A DNA stretch of 54,465 nt from Thermoplasmata archaeon (GCA_030037735.1 JASHQC010000066.1:1-54465); one strand, 5' to 3'. Counted from the first letter of the stretch, positions 44,245-53,287 are shown. The notes: generated by a model not told the origin, from the sequence alone. Made by a program: numbers and translations.

Positions 44245-45114
44245 CTATGATGCAGGGGTTCCCGTCAATGCGTGAAGGGCCTTCGCCTCTCGGAAGGCGC
44301 GAGCCAGGATCTCGGGCAGAGTCTTCGACGTGGGATACGCCGAGTCCACCGCGATGGCGATGGCTCCCCGATAGGCCTTCGAAAGAAGCATTCGGACGCT
44401 CTGGGGGGTGAAGTAGCGGATCTCGACCGCCAACGCCAGCGCGCCGCGGTAGGCCCGAGCCAACTCGGCTCGTTGCTGGTCAAGGTCGATCGCGAGGGCA
44501 CTCGGCGCGTAGAACGTCTCGCGCTCGACAGCCGCCCGGAGATCGAGACCGACCTCGAGGGGGAAGATGCTCAGCCGGGTCAGGAGGTTCGCCTTTTCGG
44601 TGGAGATGACCTCCCCGGCTTTGGCGATGACGGAATCCCTCTTCAGTACCACCTTGCCCTTCTCGATCGCCGCGGGAAAGCCGGCGTGTTGTAGCTCGGC
44701 GACGATGGGCCCCGGCTTGAACGGGGTCTCACCGCCAGGGACGAGGATGTCGTTCGGTGCAATCGCCCCACCCCGGGCCGGGGTGGCGGAGCGCGTTTGT
44801 CGAAGCTCTTGGTAGAGCGAGAACGGGTTCCCGTCCGCGGCGATGACGCCCGTCTGGTCGGTGACGTAATCGAGCAGCGGCCGGAGGGAGGGACGTTCCG
44901 CGGCAGCTTGTTCGAGCGCGTGTCGGATCGCGCTGTTCGGCGCGACGACCAGCGGGTGGCCCCGTTCGAGCAAGTCCTTCCGCATCTTCTGCAGCGCCGC
45001 GGCGGGGACTCCACGAATGCCGACGAGAGCGGTGACCGGATGCTCGAGGACCATCTTCTGGAGGCTTGCCACGCGAGCGATCTTTTCGGAAGGCACCGAG
45101 TTCCGGCCAGGCAT
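44245..45114 (-). CDS. rpl10: Ribosomal protein uL10 (P0)
   Basis: Its position between L1 and P1, and the N-terminal L10 pattern (K...V..L......P.V.LV.I.G.PA..LQKMR..L). Confidence 0.88.
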   Translation of the reverse strand: MPGRNSVPSEKIARVASLQKMVLEHPVTALVGIRGVPAAALQKMRKDLLERGHPLVVAPNSAIRHALEQAAAERPSLRPLLDYVTDQTGVIAADGNPFSLYQELRQTRSATPARGGAIAPNDILVPGGETPFKPGPIVAELQHAGFPAAIEKGKVVLKRDSVIAKAGEVISTEKANLLTRLSIFPLEVGLDLRAAVERETFYAPSALAIDLDQQRAELARAYRGALALAVEIRYFTPQSVRMLLSKAYRGAIAIAVDSAYPTSKTLPEILARAFREAKALHALTGTPAS

Positions 45115-45127
45115 CGCGTCCCCTTTC

Positions 45128-45766
45128 TCACCAGAGCCGAACGGCGGGACCCATGGTGGTCTTGACGTAGACCGACTCGACGTTGTTGCGTCCGCGCTCG
45201 AGCTTGCTCACGATCCGGGCAAGCAGGGCGTCGATGTTTTGGGCGGTCTCCGCCGGGGGCATGCTTCGCGTGCCAACGGCGGCGTGGAACGTCCGGTTCC
45301 CCTTCGAACGAATCCGGACCGAGCGCTTGAGCGCCTGAATCTGGTTCGTCGGATCGCTGCCCGGCGGGAGAGGGCGAGGCATCTTGCCCCTCGGACCGAG
45401 CACGACGCCGAGCCGTTTACCGATCGTCGGCATCAGAGGGGCTTCTGCGAGGAAGAAGTCGATGTCCTCGACGAGCTTCTTGGCCGCCTTCTTGTTGGAC
45501 ATGAGCTCATCAAGCTCCGCCGGGGAGATGGCACGGTCCGCCACCCCTCGGACCCGTTGGAGCATTTCGGGGCTTCCGAAGACGGCGACTCGCGTGGTCT
45601 TCCCGCGTCCCTTGGGGAGGGCGAGCTCCTCTTCGATCCGGTTCTTGGGGACCGACAGGTCGAGGTCCTTGAGGTTGATCGACAGGTCGATGGTTTCCGG
45701 AAACTTCCGTTCCGGGGCCTTGGAGAGGGCTTCGGTGACGACCTCCACCGCCGTGCGATCCGCCAT
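45128..45766 (-). CDS. rpl1: Ribosomal protein uL1
   Basis: F.ETIDLSINLKDLD, LPKGRGK, and MP.IGK.LG..LGPRGKMP. Confidence 0.92.
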   Translation of the reverse strand: MADRTAVEVVTEALSKAPERKFPETIDLSINLKDLDLSVPKNRIEEELALPKGRGKTTRVAVFGSPEMLQRVRGVADRAISPAELDELMSNKKAAKKLVEDIDFFLAEAPLMPTIGKRLGVVLGPRGKMPRPLPPGSDPTNQIQALKRSVRIRSKGNRTFHAAVGTRSMPPAETAQNIDALLARIVSKLERGRNNVESVYVKTTMGPAVRLW

Positions 45767-45993
45767 GTTCCCCTTGCCGAATGCGGGGCCGCCGAGTAGG
45801 CCTCTCTATTTGAAGACTTAGGTTTGCACCGGCGAGAAAGCGGGCCCGGACGGTTGGCCAGCGCTCGACATCGTCTCATGCGTTCCCGCCGCGGAAGCCC
45901 ATTCCGGGAAGAGGACCGCAGGGCGGTCAGGTCGAAGCGTCGACGCGACAGCGGTCTCGAGGCTGCCGCGTTTGTCCTAAACAGCATGCAATC

Positions 45994-46000
45994 CTATATA
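45994..46000 (+). promoter_or_regulatory. Putative TATA box (CTATATA) for the rpl44e operon
   Basis: Centred 28 nt upstream of the ATG at 46025. Confidence 0.45.
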
Positions 46001-46024
46001 CGCAGCCGACTTCCGCCCGCGCCG

Positions 46025-46309
46025 ATGCATTACCCCAAGGTCATCTCGACCTATTGTCCCCGGTGTCACAGGCACACTCCGCACGATGTCGAGAAAGGAA
46101 AGAAGAAACCCGCCTCCGAGCTCAAGTGGGGCCAGCGCCGGTTCCGACGCGCTACGCGCGGCTATGGCGGTTTCCCAAGGCCGAAACCCGAGGGCCGGGC
46201 CAAGGCGGTCCGGCGGGTCCTCCTGCGATTCCGCTGCCGCCAGTGCAAGTACATCGTTCAACCGGTCGGCTGGCGCGCGAGCCAATTCGAGCTGACCGAA
46301 GTCGAGTGA
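46025..46309 (+). CDS. rpl44e: Ribosomal protein L44e (eL42)
   Basis: YCPRCHRHTPH and a second Cys pair, CRQCK. Basic, 94 aa. The start is trimmed to the ATG at 46025. Confidence 0.9.
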   Translation: MHYPKVISTYCPRCHRHTPHDVEKGKKKPASELKWGQRRFRRATRGYGGFPRPKPEGRAKAVRRVLLRFRCRQCKYIVQPVGWRASQFELTEVE

Positions 46310-46320
46310 GGAGTTGCTTC

Positions 46321-46494
46321 ATGCCCGCTTCTCCATTTTGGGTCGTCAAATGCCCTGATTGCTCGGGCGAGCAGACCATCTTCAGCCGGCCCTCGACCGC
46401 GGTCAACTGTGTGGTCTGCGGTGCCACTTTGGCCACGCCCACCGGCGGCAAGGCCCACCTTCGCGGAACGTTCGTTCGGCTGGCTACGGCCTAA
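46321..46494 (+). CDS. rps27e: Ribosomal protein S27e (eS27)
   Basis: FWVVKCPDCSGEQTIFSRPSTAVNCVVCGATLATPTGGKA zinc ribbon. 57 aa, hidden inside a longer track ORF. Confidence 0.88.
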   Translation: MPASPFWVVKCPDCSGEQTIFSRPSTAVNCVVCGATLATPTGGKAHLRGTFVRLATA

Positions 46495-47289
46495 GTGGGG
46501 AGGCGCGTCGGTTTGCCACTCCGGGGTGACTTCCCGGAAGAGGGGGAACTCGTCGTTGCGACGGTAACCCAGATCCGGGATTTCGGCGCGTTCGTTACGC
46601 TCGACGAATATACCAACCGGGAGGCCTTCATCCACCTCTCCGAAGTGGCCACCGGCTGGGTGAAATACATCCGGGACCACATCCGGGAGCGCCAGAAGAT
46701 TGTGGGGCGGGTGCTCCACGTTGACCCCGCGAAGGGGCAGGTGGACCTCTCCCTCAAGCGGATCAACGAGCACCAGCGGCGTGAAAAGGTCCAGAGCTGG
46801 AAGAACGAGCAGCGCGCCCAGCGGCTGCTGGCGATCGTCGCAAAGGCGCTCAAGACCGATGTGGAAGCGACCTACGACGCGTTCGCCGAGAAGCTGGTCG
46901 AGGATCACGGGAGCTTGTTCCACGCTTTTGAGGTCGCCTCGGCCGAGCCGAAGAAGTTCGCCGTCCAGTACGGGAAGGTCGCCTGGGTTTCCGCCTTCCT
47001 GAAGGTCGCCGAGGAGAACCTGACGCCGCCCCGGGTCACGATCAGTGGGACGCTCGAGATCTCCTCCCCGGCGTCCGACGGGCTTAAGGACGTCCGGACC
47101 GCCCTGCGCGCGGCGGAAGAGGTTGACCCGGAGTCGGTGATCGTTCAGTACGTCGGCGCTCCCCGGTACCGCGTCCAGGTCACGGGAACCCAGTACAAAC
47201 AGGTCGAGGAGGTCCTCAAGAAGGCGACCGAGGCCGCCCTCGCAAAGATCACCAAGGTCGGCGGCCACGGGAGCTTCGCCCGGGCATGA
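46495..47289 (+). CDS. eif2a: Translation initiation factor 2 alpha subunit
   Basis: The S1 domain EGELVVATVTQI.DFGAFV.LDEY...EAFIHLSEVA and three-domain length. Confidence 0.92.
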   Translation: MGRRVGLPLRGDFPEEGELVVATVTQIRDFGAFVTLDEYTNREAFIHLSEVATGWVKYIRDHIRERQKIVGRVLHVDPAKGQVDLSLKRINEHQRREKVQSWKNEQRAQRLLAIVAKALKTDVEATYDAFAEKLVEDHGSLFHAFEVASAEPKKFAVQYGKVAWVSAFLKVAEENLTPPRVTISGTLEISSPASDGLKDVRTALRAAEEVDPESVIVQYVGAPRYRVQVTGTQYKQVEEVLKKATEAALAKITKVGGHGSFARA

Positions 47290-47453
47290 CCGATTCCCTG
47301 CTCCGGGTCTGCCGCACCTGCGGACGGTACACGCTCTCGCCGAACTGTCCGGTCGACCATTCAGAGACCCGTACGCCTCATCCGGTCCGATTCTCCCCCC
47401 AGGACCGCTGGGGGAAATACCGCCGTGCCTTACAGGCGGAGCCGGGATCGTAG
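47286..47453 (+). CDS. nop10: H/ACA RNP protein Nop10 (55 aa, not in ORF track)
   Basis: My translation is MTDSLLRVCRTCGRYTLSPNCPVDHSETRTPHPVRFSPQDRWGKYRRALQAEPGS. The ATG overlaps the aIF2alpha stop (ATGA). It occupies the canonical operon position. Confidence 0.85.
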   Translation: MTDSLLRVCRTCGRYTLSPNCPVDHSETRTPHPVRFSPQDRWGKYRRALQAEPGS

Positions 47454-47486
47454 GGCGCCGCCCATCCGAGGTAGTGGAAGAGGATC

Positions 47487-48014
47487 ATGATGGCCACGGG
47501 AATGCACCGGATCAAGGTCGTGAACGAGATCAGTGACTTGGTGCCGGTCCTACGGGCCGTCGACACGCCACTCAAGCTCAAGCTCCTCCAGCGCCTCTCC
47601 GAAGCATGGCTCACGCCCGAGGACGTGCAGCACGAGTTCGGCAAGGAGGGGCTCAAGGTCCTCTCCCTCTTCGAGAAGCTCAAGCTCGTTGACACCCGGT
47701 GGGTGGCGCGCGAGGGACGCAAGACGCCTGACAAGAGCTACCATACGTACTACGGAACGATCAACATCAACACGACCGCCCCGCTGACCGAGGTGTCCGA
47801 GATCCTCGCCATCGCGAGCATGGACGATAAGGAGTACGCCAAACTGGAGCAGAAGATCTACGACGCGGTCGGGGAGGTGGGCATGTTCTTCTCCGATGTG
47901 GCCGAGCAGCTGGGCATGTCTCCGACGCGGCTCAAGGGACTGGTCAAGCGCTCGGACCGGCTCGAGTACCGGGGTCACCGCATCGAGCGGTTCCATGCCC
48001 GCGCCGCGCCGTAA
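47487..48014 (+). CDS. Hypothetical protein with putative wHTH segments
   Basis: LKLKLLQRLSEAWLTPEDVQHEFG and FSDVAEQLGMSPTRLKGLVKR look HTH-like. The family was not recognised with confidence. Confidence 0.5.
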   Translation: MMATGMHRIKVVNEISDLVPVLRAVDTPLKLKLLQRLSEAWLTPEDVQHEFGKEGLKVLSLFEKLKLVDTRWVAREGRKTPDKSYHTYYGTININTTAPLTEVSEILAIASMDDKEYAKLEQKIYDAVGEVGMFFSDVAEQLGMSPTRLKGLVKRSDRLEYRGHRIERFHARAAP

Positions 48015-48030
48015 GCGCCGTCGTCCCGAC

Positions 48031-48552
48031 GTGGCGGTGCTCCGGGTCGGTCATCGTCTGGGCCGCGACCCGCGGCTCACGACGCACCTCGCGCTGGCGG
48101 CCCGAGCCCTTGGCGCCTCTCGCCTCTACCTCCATCCGCCGGATCCGGATCTCGCGGAACGGATCGCCGCAGTGGCCCGGCGGTGGGGTGGGTCCTTCGA
48201 GGTCACCGGCGTGTCCAGCTGGAAACCCGTAGTGGCTGCGCATCGCGGGGGGGTGGTACATCTGACAATGTACGGCGAGCCTCTGACGAGGGTGCTCCCT
48301 CGGTTGCGCCAGGTGACGCGGCTCCTAGCCGTGGTGGGCGGCGCGAAGGTGCCACCAGCGCTCTTCGGAGCGGCGGACTTCAATGTGGCGATCGGCGCGC
48401 AACCGCACAGCGAGGTCGCGGCGTTAGCCGTGTTCCTGGACCGGATCTTGGAAGCGCCTGCTCCTTCGATGTTCAGGGGAGCGGAGCAGCGTATCGTGCC
48501 GCAGCGTCAGGGAAAGAAGGTCGTGCCGGTGTCGAAGAGGAAGGTTCGTTGA
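48031..48552 (+). CDS. trm56: tRNA (cytidine56-2'-O)-methyltransferase aTrm56
   Basis: LRVGHR..RD.R.TTH.AL.ARA.GA, RWGG.F, HLTMYG, and FNVAIGAQPHSEVAALAVFLDR. The start is trimmed to the GTG at 48031. Confidence 0.88.
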   Translation: MAVLRVGHRLGRDPRLTTHLALAARALGASRLYLHPPDPDLAERIAAVARRWGGSFEVTGVSSWKPVVAAHRGGVVHLTMYGEPLTRVLPRLRQVTRLLAVVGGAKVPPALFGAADFNVAIGAQPHSEVAALAVFLDRILEAPAPSMFRGAEQRIVPQRQGKKVVPVSKRKVR

Positions 48553-49517
48553 CGCAACCCCCGATTCCCGCGCATGCCCTCCCGGTCGTCGCGCGAGCCC
48601 CCGGAAAATGCATCCTGTTCGGCGAACACGCCGTGGTTCGGGGCCAGCCCGAGGTCCTACTCGCGATCGACCTGTACACCCAGGTAGCGATTCGGCCCTC
48701 CCCTGAATGGCGGTTGAATGGGCACGCCGGTCCGGTGGCCGACCACCGGTACCTGCAGACCGCGATTCGCGAAGTCTGGACGACCGGAACGCCGCTCGAT
48801 GTGACGGCCGTTTCGCGAATCCCGAAAGCATCGGGGATGGGATCCTCCGCCGCGTTTGTCTCCGGCCTCGTTGCGGCGATGGGGGCCGTGCAGGGCGGTG
48901 TGGACCGGGCCACGCTCGCTCAGCAGGTCTTCACCATCGAACGCGAAGCCCAGGGCGTGGGAAGCCCAGGAGACACTTCCGCTGCCATCGCGGGAGGCTA
49001 CCTTACGCTCAACACCGACGTCGCGGCGGTCGGAGAGGCGCTCTGGACGGTGACCGCGGGCGAGGAACGGTGGACAGTTCGCCGAATCGCCGATCCCGGT
49101 TGGGTCTGGGTGGTGGCATACTCCGGCCTGCCGAAGGCGACCGGGCCGAAGGTCCAGGCCGTCGGGGAGCGGTTCTCTTCGTGGGAGGGGCCCGATCTCC
49201 TGCGCCGCTTTTCGGAAGTGGCCGTCGCTGGGCTGCGGGCCATGGCCCAAGAGGATCGGACGGAGACCGGCCGACTGCTCGAGGAGAATCAGAGACTGCT
49301 CCGGGAAGTCGGAGTGTCCCATCCACGCCTCGAGGCGCTCATCGAGGCGACGCAGCCGGCCGCCGTCGGTGCGAAAGTGACGGGAGCCGGTGGCGGAGGA
49401 TCGATCGTGGCGTTGCCGAAGCCAGGCCAGGAGACGGACCTCGTGCGCCGGCTGGCTCGTGCCGGCGCCGTCCCGTTCGCCACTGGGCCGGCGGCCCGCG
49501 GAGTCGAGCTGGTTTAG
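48549..49517 (+). CDS. mvk: Mevalonate kinase
   Basis: ARAPGKCILFGEHAVV and the GHMP motif PKASGMGSSAA. The TTG start overlaps the trm56 stop (TTGA). Confidence 0.88.
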   Translation: MTQPPIPAHALPVVARAPGKCILFGEHAVVRGQPEVLLAIDLYTQVAIRPSPEWRLNGHAGPVADHRYLQTAIREVWTTGTPLDVTAVSRIPKASGMGSSAAFVSGLVAAMGAVQGGVDRATLAQQVFTIEREAQGVGSPGDTSAAIAGGYLTLNTDVAAVGEALWTVTAGEERWTVRRIADPGWVWVVAYSGLPKATGPKVQAVGERFSSWEGPDLLRRFSEVAVAGLRAMAQEDRTETGRLLEENQRLLREVGVSHPRLEALIEATQPAAVGAKVTGAGGGGSIVALPKPGQETDLVRRLARAGAVPFATGPAARGVELV

Positions 49518-49558
49518 TCCCACGGTTCCACCTCCCCTGAATCGCCTCCCAAATCGTT

Positions 49559-49568
49559 AGTTTTATCA
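49559..49568 (+). promoter_or_regulatory. Putative TATA box for the VOC gene
   Basis: AGTTTTATCA is centred 24-27 nt upstream of the GTG at 49588 and ATG at 49591. Confidence 0.4.
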
Positions 49569-49587
49569 CGAGCTAGGAATAGAATTC

Positions 49588-49986
49588 GTGATGGCTCGGC
49601 TGAAGGTTGAGTTCGTCTACTGCGGGCTGCGGGTGCGCGACCTGGTCCGCTCACTCCGGTTCTACCGCAAGCTCGGCTTTCGGATCTACGCTCGCGGGGT
49701 CATGAGCCATGGAGGGGTGTGGGTCCAACTCGTCTTCCCCGGGGCGGCGCAACGCCTGGAGCTCAACTTCTACGCTCCCGCTAACCCGTACTATGAACCG
49801 ATACGCCAAGGTACCGAGTTCGACCATCTCGGGTTCCGTGTCTCCGACGTCGAGGCATGGGAAAAGGAACTCCGCCGGAGAAAGTTTCCCATCGTGGCTC
49901 GCATGCAGGGGACGGGGGAGAACATCGTCTATACGCGAGACCCGGACGGCAATTGGATCGAGTTCTTCGGGCCGGATCCGAAGTAA
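49588..49986 (+). CDS. VOC (glyoxalase/bleomycin-resistance/dioxygenase) family protein
   Basis: GLRVRDL..SL.FY..LGF, FDHLGFRV.DV and DPDGNWIEF. Confidence 0.8.
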   Translation: MMARLKVEFVYCGLRVRDLVRSLRFYRKLGFRIYARGVMSHGGVWVQLVFPGAAQRLELNFYAPANPYYEPIRQGTEFDHLGFRVSDVEAWEKELRRRKFPIVARMQGTGENIVYTRDPDGNWIEFFGPDPK

Positions 49987-50022
49987 CTTCGCCGTCTTGC
50001 CCCGTGGAAATCCGGGGGTCCG

Positions 50023-51219
50023 TCACCGCTTCGCCACGATACGAATCACCGCGCCCGGGTCGACAGGGTGGTCCGCCGCAAGCGCGCGGTGCGTCCGGCC
50101 GTCGATCGCCCGAATGAAATGCTCTCCCAGCTCGGTGTGGACACGGTAGGCAACCGCGCGAACCGGAGTCCCCGCCGGGACGAGGAAGGCATCCGGTAGC
50201 ATACGTCCCTTCGTATCGGTCCAGTGGCTCTCGTCTTCGACGGGGAACACCACCACTTGGTGCAGGCGCTCAAAGACCATCGATTCCAGCAGGGGTTGTA
50301 CTCCGGTCGAGCCCCATCGCTTGAGAAGCGCCTTCAGCTCCTCGAGCGCCCTCGCTTGAGGAGGAGAGAGTCGGGAGGGATCAGGGACCTGAAAATCGGC
50401 ATCTCCCGGCGAGTACGCCACGAGCCCGGCCTTGGCGGCTCGCCGAAGCGTCAGTTCGGCTTCGGCACTCGTCGGCCGGGCCGGGATCGGGCGGATCTCC
50501 TCGGAAAGTTCAACCGCTCGGTCGGTCGAGATCCGGTCACACTTGTTCAGCGCCACGGTCCGGGGCTTGGCGGCATCCAGCACCACCCGCGCCAACCGCA
50601 GCAGGTCCTCGGGGGTCCATTTCGATGGGTGGGCCCGGTCGATCGGGGCTTCTCGCAACGCGGTCTGGATCGCCGCGGGAGTGATCTTGAGACCGGTGAG
50701 TCGACGTTCGAGGTACTCCTCGATCTTCACGCCCTCGAGTTCCGCCTTCCGGACCTGCCGGTCGAATTCCTTCTCGAGGAGACCGGCGACCCAGTACGCC
50801 AGCTCGTCCCCGAGCCAGCCGACTTCCTCGCTCGGGTCCTGTGTTCCCACAGGAACCGTGCTCCCTTCGGGGTCGGTGGCGCCGGTGGCATCGACTACCT
50901 GGACAAATCCATCGGCGACGCTGAGGTCGTTCAGGAACTGGTTCCCTAGGCCGCGCCCCTCATGAGCACCGGGGACGAGTCCGGCCACGTCGACGAGGGC
51001 TACCGGAACCCAGCGTACACCGTTGCGACAGGCTGCGTTCCCTGGCGTGCACGGGGTGCCTCTCTCGACATGCGGACACGGGAACCGGACCGCGGCGACC
51101 CCGCGGTTGGGCTTCACGGTCGTAAACGGGTACGGCGCCATCGTCGCATCGAGCAGCGTGAGCGCGTTGAATAGCGTCGATTTCCCGACGTTGGGCTTGC
51201 CGACGATGCCGACTTCCAC
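50023..51219 (-). CDS. YchF/OLA1-like OBG-family GTPase/ATPase with a TGS domain
   Basis: VGIVGKPNVGKSTLFNALT, DVAGLV.GA..G.GLGN.FL and NK.D. Confidence 0.88.
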   Translation of the reverse strand: MEVGIVGKPNVGKSTLFNALTLLDATMAPYPFTTVKPNRGVAAVRFPCPHVERGTPCTPGNAACRNGVRWVPVALVDVAGLVPGAHEGRGLGNQFLNDLSVADGFVQVVDATGATDPEGSTVPVGTQDPSEEVGWLGDELAYWVAGLLEKEFDRQVRKAELEGVKIEEYLERRLTGLKITPAAIQTALREAPIDRAHPSKWTPEDLLRLARVVLDAAKPRTVALNKCDRISTDRAVELSEEIRPIPARPTSAEAELTLRRAAKAGLVAYSPGDADFQVPDPSRLSPPQARALEELKALLKRWGSTGVQPLLESMVFERLHQVVVFPVEDESHWTDTKGRMLPDAFLVPAGTPVRAVAYRVHTELGEHFIRAIDGRTHRALAADHPVDPGAVIRIVAKR

Positions 51220-51250
51220 TACGGCTTCCTCCGCGGTTAGGCAATCCTGT

Positions 51251-51865
51251 CTAGACGGTGTAATCGGGGGGGATTTCCGTGAATCCGTGGGCTCGGTTCA
51301 CGACGAGGGCCAAGGCGAAAAGGAAGGAACTTAGGCGGTTTGCCCATTGCAAAAGCGCCTCCCGTTGAGGCTCCGCGGCATTGAGCGCCCATAGGTTCCG
51401 CTCCGCGCGGCGCGCCACGGCCCGGGCGTACTGGAGGTGCGCCGCTCCCGGACCTCCCCGGGGCAGGACAAAAGAATGGACGGCCTCCAAGGAGGCGGAG
51501 AGCCGGTCGGTCTCCTCTTCGAGACGCCGGACATGGCGCGCCTCGATCCGATGCCCACCCTTGGATGAGTTACCCGGAGAGGCGATCTCGCTGTTCGCGA
51601 GGAAGACCTCGTGAGAGAGCCGGCGCAGAAGCGCCTGCTCCTCCGGCCGGTCCGCTAGGAACGCTTCGGCTACGCCGAGCTGGGCCGCCAGTTCGTCGTA
51701 GCTGCCCAAGGCACGGACGCGCGTGGAGGTCTTGTCTACGCGCGCACCACCAGTGAGGCCGGTGTCCCCACGGTCACCGGTGCGGGAATAGAGCCGCGTG
51801 GGATTCGAGCCTCCGGTCGCCAGGGCAGCGCATCGAGGGGCGACCCCAGCCCATGGATCGGGCAA
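51251..51865 (-). CDS. PduO-type ATP:cob(I)alamin adenosyltransferase
   Basis: YSRTGDRGDTGL....RV.K...RV.ALGSYDEL and a helical bundle. The only in-frame start is the TTG at 51865, which gives a ~25-aa N-terminal extension. Confidence 0.82.
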   Translation of the reverse strand: MPDPWAGVAPRCAALATGGSNPTRLYSRTGDRGDTGLTGGARVDKTSTRVRALGSYDELAAQLGVAEAFLADRPEEQALLRRLSHEVFLANSEIASPGNSSKGGHRIEARHVRRLEEETDRLSASLEAVHSFVLPRGGPGAAHLQYARAVARRAERNLWALNAAEPQREALLQWANRLSSFLFALALVVNRAHGFTEIPPDYTV

Positions 51866-51987
51866 TATGAGATGTTGAGCACCTCATTATGCTTGGCATC
51901 TTGCCGGCAGGACCGACAGATGAACCCACTGCGTTTGGCCCAGGCAATTCCCAGTTCTTCGGTTGCTTGCATTCCCCACCCGCGCAT
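51736..51987 (-). CDS. Possible small Cys-rich protein
   Basis: 83-aa ORF with CRSC....(17)....CPIH. The start overlaps the RHH stop (TAATG), but the 3' 130 nt overlap the adenosyltransferase CDS. Coding status is doubtful. Confidence 0.2.
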   Translation of the reverse strand: MRGWGMQATEELGIAWAKRSGFICRSCRQDAKHNEVLNISYCPIHGLGSPLDALPWRPEARIPRGSIPAPVTVGTPASLVVRA

Positions 51988-52385
51988 TAGCGATCGAGGA
52001 GCTCGCGCCCCTCCCGGTCGGCCCGGCGTCGTCGTTCGGATCGGCCGGCCGTCTCGCGCGCCGCCCGGCGTAGAGCCGGGAGGCGCTCACCGTGGAGACG
52101 GCTCAGCTCCTGCAGCCCCAGCGTCGCAACGAGGGTCATCGCCTCGTCGAGCGTCCGGGCCCAGCCATCCTCTACGACCTCTTCCAATTCCCCCCGTAGG
52201 CTGACGGGGAACTCGACAGACGGCGGGGTGGCTCCGATCGATTGCCGCACGAGCAACCGCACCGCGTCTGAGCGCGTTCCCACCTCTCGCGATTTTTGGA
52301 ACTGGTCGAGTCGCTCGACCTCTTCAGGAGTAAGTCGCACCCCCAGAAAGTACGAGGCCGACTTAGTCGGGGTCGCTGACCGCAC
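51987..52385 (-). CDS. Ribbon-helix-helix (CopG-like) domain protein
   Basis: YFLGVRLTPEEVERLDQFQK.....RSDAVRLLVRQ is RHH-like. The GTG start lies 26 nt downstream of an AT-rich TATA box. Confidence 0.55.
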   Translation of the reverse strand: MRSATPTKSASYFLGVRLTPEEVERLDQFQKSREVGTRSDAVRLLVRQSIGATPPSVEFPVSLRGELEEVVEDGWARTLDEAMTLVATLGLQELSRLHGERLPALRRAARETAGRSERRRRADREGRELLDR

Positions 52386-52406
52386 GCCGTTTAACAGAAT
52401 TCAACA

Positions 52407-52415
52407 AATATTTAG
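52407..52415 (-). promoter_or_regulatory. Putative TATA box (TAAATATTT) for the RHH gene
   Basis: An AT-rich island (52390-52425) in GC-rich surroundings. Its centre is 26 nt upstream of the GTG at 52385. Confidence 0.45.
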
Positions 52416-52601
52416 ATGTATTCCAGCGCGTGCTAAACAGGCGGGGGCACGGGCCGACCACCAACCCTCCTCGGAGCCTCGGCGGTAGAACGGCGGGTGG
52501 ATCGAGCGCGAGGGCACGGCGTGGGGTCCGCAACCGAGTGTCCCAGCGGGGAAGCAAGCGCCCCGGGGCCGCCCCCGCCGCGCGGGGCGGGCGAGGACGG
52601 G

Positions 52602-52637
52602 GGAGGGGCCAGTGGAGGGGCCAGGGGAGGGGCCTTG
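52602..52637. repeat. 12-bp tandem repeat x3, G-rich (G-quadruplex-capable)
   Basis: ggaggggccagt / ggaggggccagg / ggaggggccttg. With the flanking ggggg there are five G-runs of at least 4. Confidence 0.7.
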
Positions 52638-52649
52638 GGCGCGTGCCTT

Positions 52650-53171
52650 CTAAGTGATCGGCCCAGAGCAGCTGCCTCGGGATGAGAGAACGGCGAACGT
52701 GTCTCCGACCAAGGAGGAAGGCGTTGACCCGGTGTAAAACAGAGACAGAATGTTCTGGGTCGTCAAGAGGGTGTTCGAGCTGAATCCGGGCTCGTACGTC
52801 CACGTTGCCTCGAACGTGAAGACTGCCTCGATAGAACCCGTTGGGGCAACCACTGCGACACCGCTTCCCGACGGGAGGGGCGCGGCGGAGCCGTTACCAA
52901 CCTGGACCTGGAACGACAAGATGCCCAAGTAGTAGCAATCGCTCGCCGATTCCACGCTGAAGTTGTACCAGTGGGTCAACCCTTTGGTGGAGTCGACGGA
53001 GCCACCGAACGACAGCGGAGGAGCACCATCGGCCGGGGCGAGTCTATCGGCTCCATAGTGGCAAGTACCCGATTGCGTCGCTCGGGGCACGAGTTCGTAG
53101 ACTCCTACGGTGATCAATGAGATTGCGAGCGCGATGCCGATGATCGTTGCAACGCGCGAAGACTCCTTCAC
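52650..53171 (-). CDS. Hypothetical membrane-anchored / secreted protein
   Basis: 173 aa with an N-terminal hydrophobic segment (VATIIGIALAISLITVGVY) and a Ser/Thr/Gly-rich beta-type remainder. The local GC is lower. No family recognised. Confidence 0.5.
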   Translation of the reverse strand: MKESSRVATIIGIALAISLITVGVYELVPRATQSGTCHYGADRLAPADGAPPLSFGGSVDSTKGLTHWYNFSVESASDCYYLGILSFQVQVGNGSAAPLPSGSGVAVVAPTGSIEAVFTFEATWTYEPGFSSNTLLTTQNILSLFYTGSTPSSLVGDTFAVLSSRGSCSGPIT

Positions 53172-53287
53172 AACGTAGATGATGCGTCGCGCGCGTTCAT
53201 ATTTCCTCGCTGGGAGCGGCCCAGAAGCCGGGGTGACCCATCGATGTCCCCGCCGCGGGGGGCGGCCGGGAACGGGGGAAGCGCACG

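Noticed and set aside
51781-51830. tRNA-like T-arm string gggattcgagcc (minus strand GGCTCGAATCCC).
   Set aside because: The flanking sequences do not form a T-stem or acceptor stem, and the string lies in frame inside the adenosyltransferase CDS.
52602-52637. A short tandem repeat as a possible CRISPR array or minisatellite.
   Set aside because: The units are 12 bp and contiguous with no spacers. There are only three copies and no cas genes. I found no CRISPR-like array anywhere in the window.
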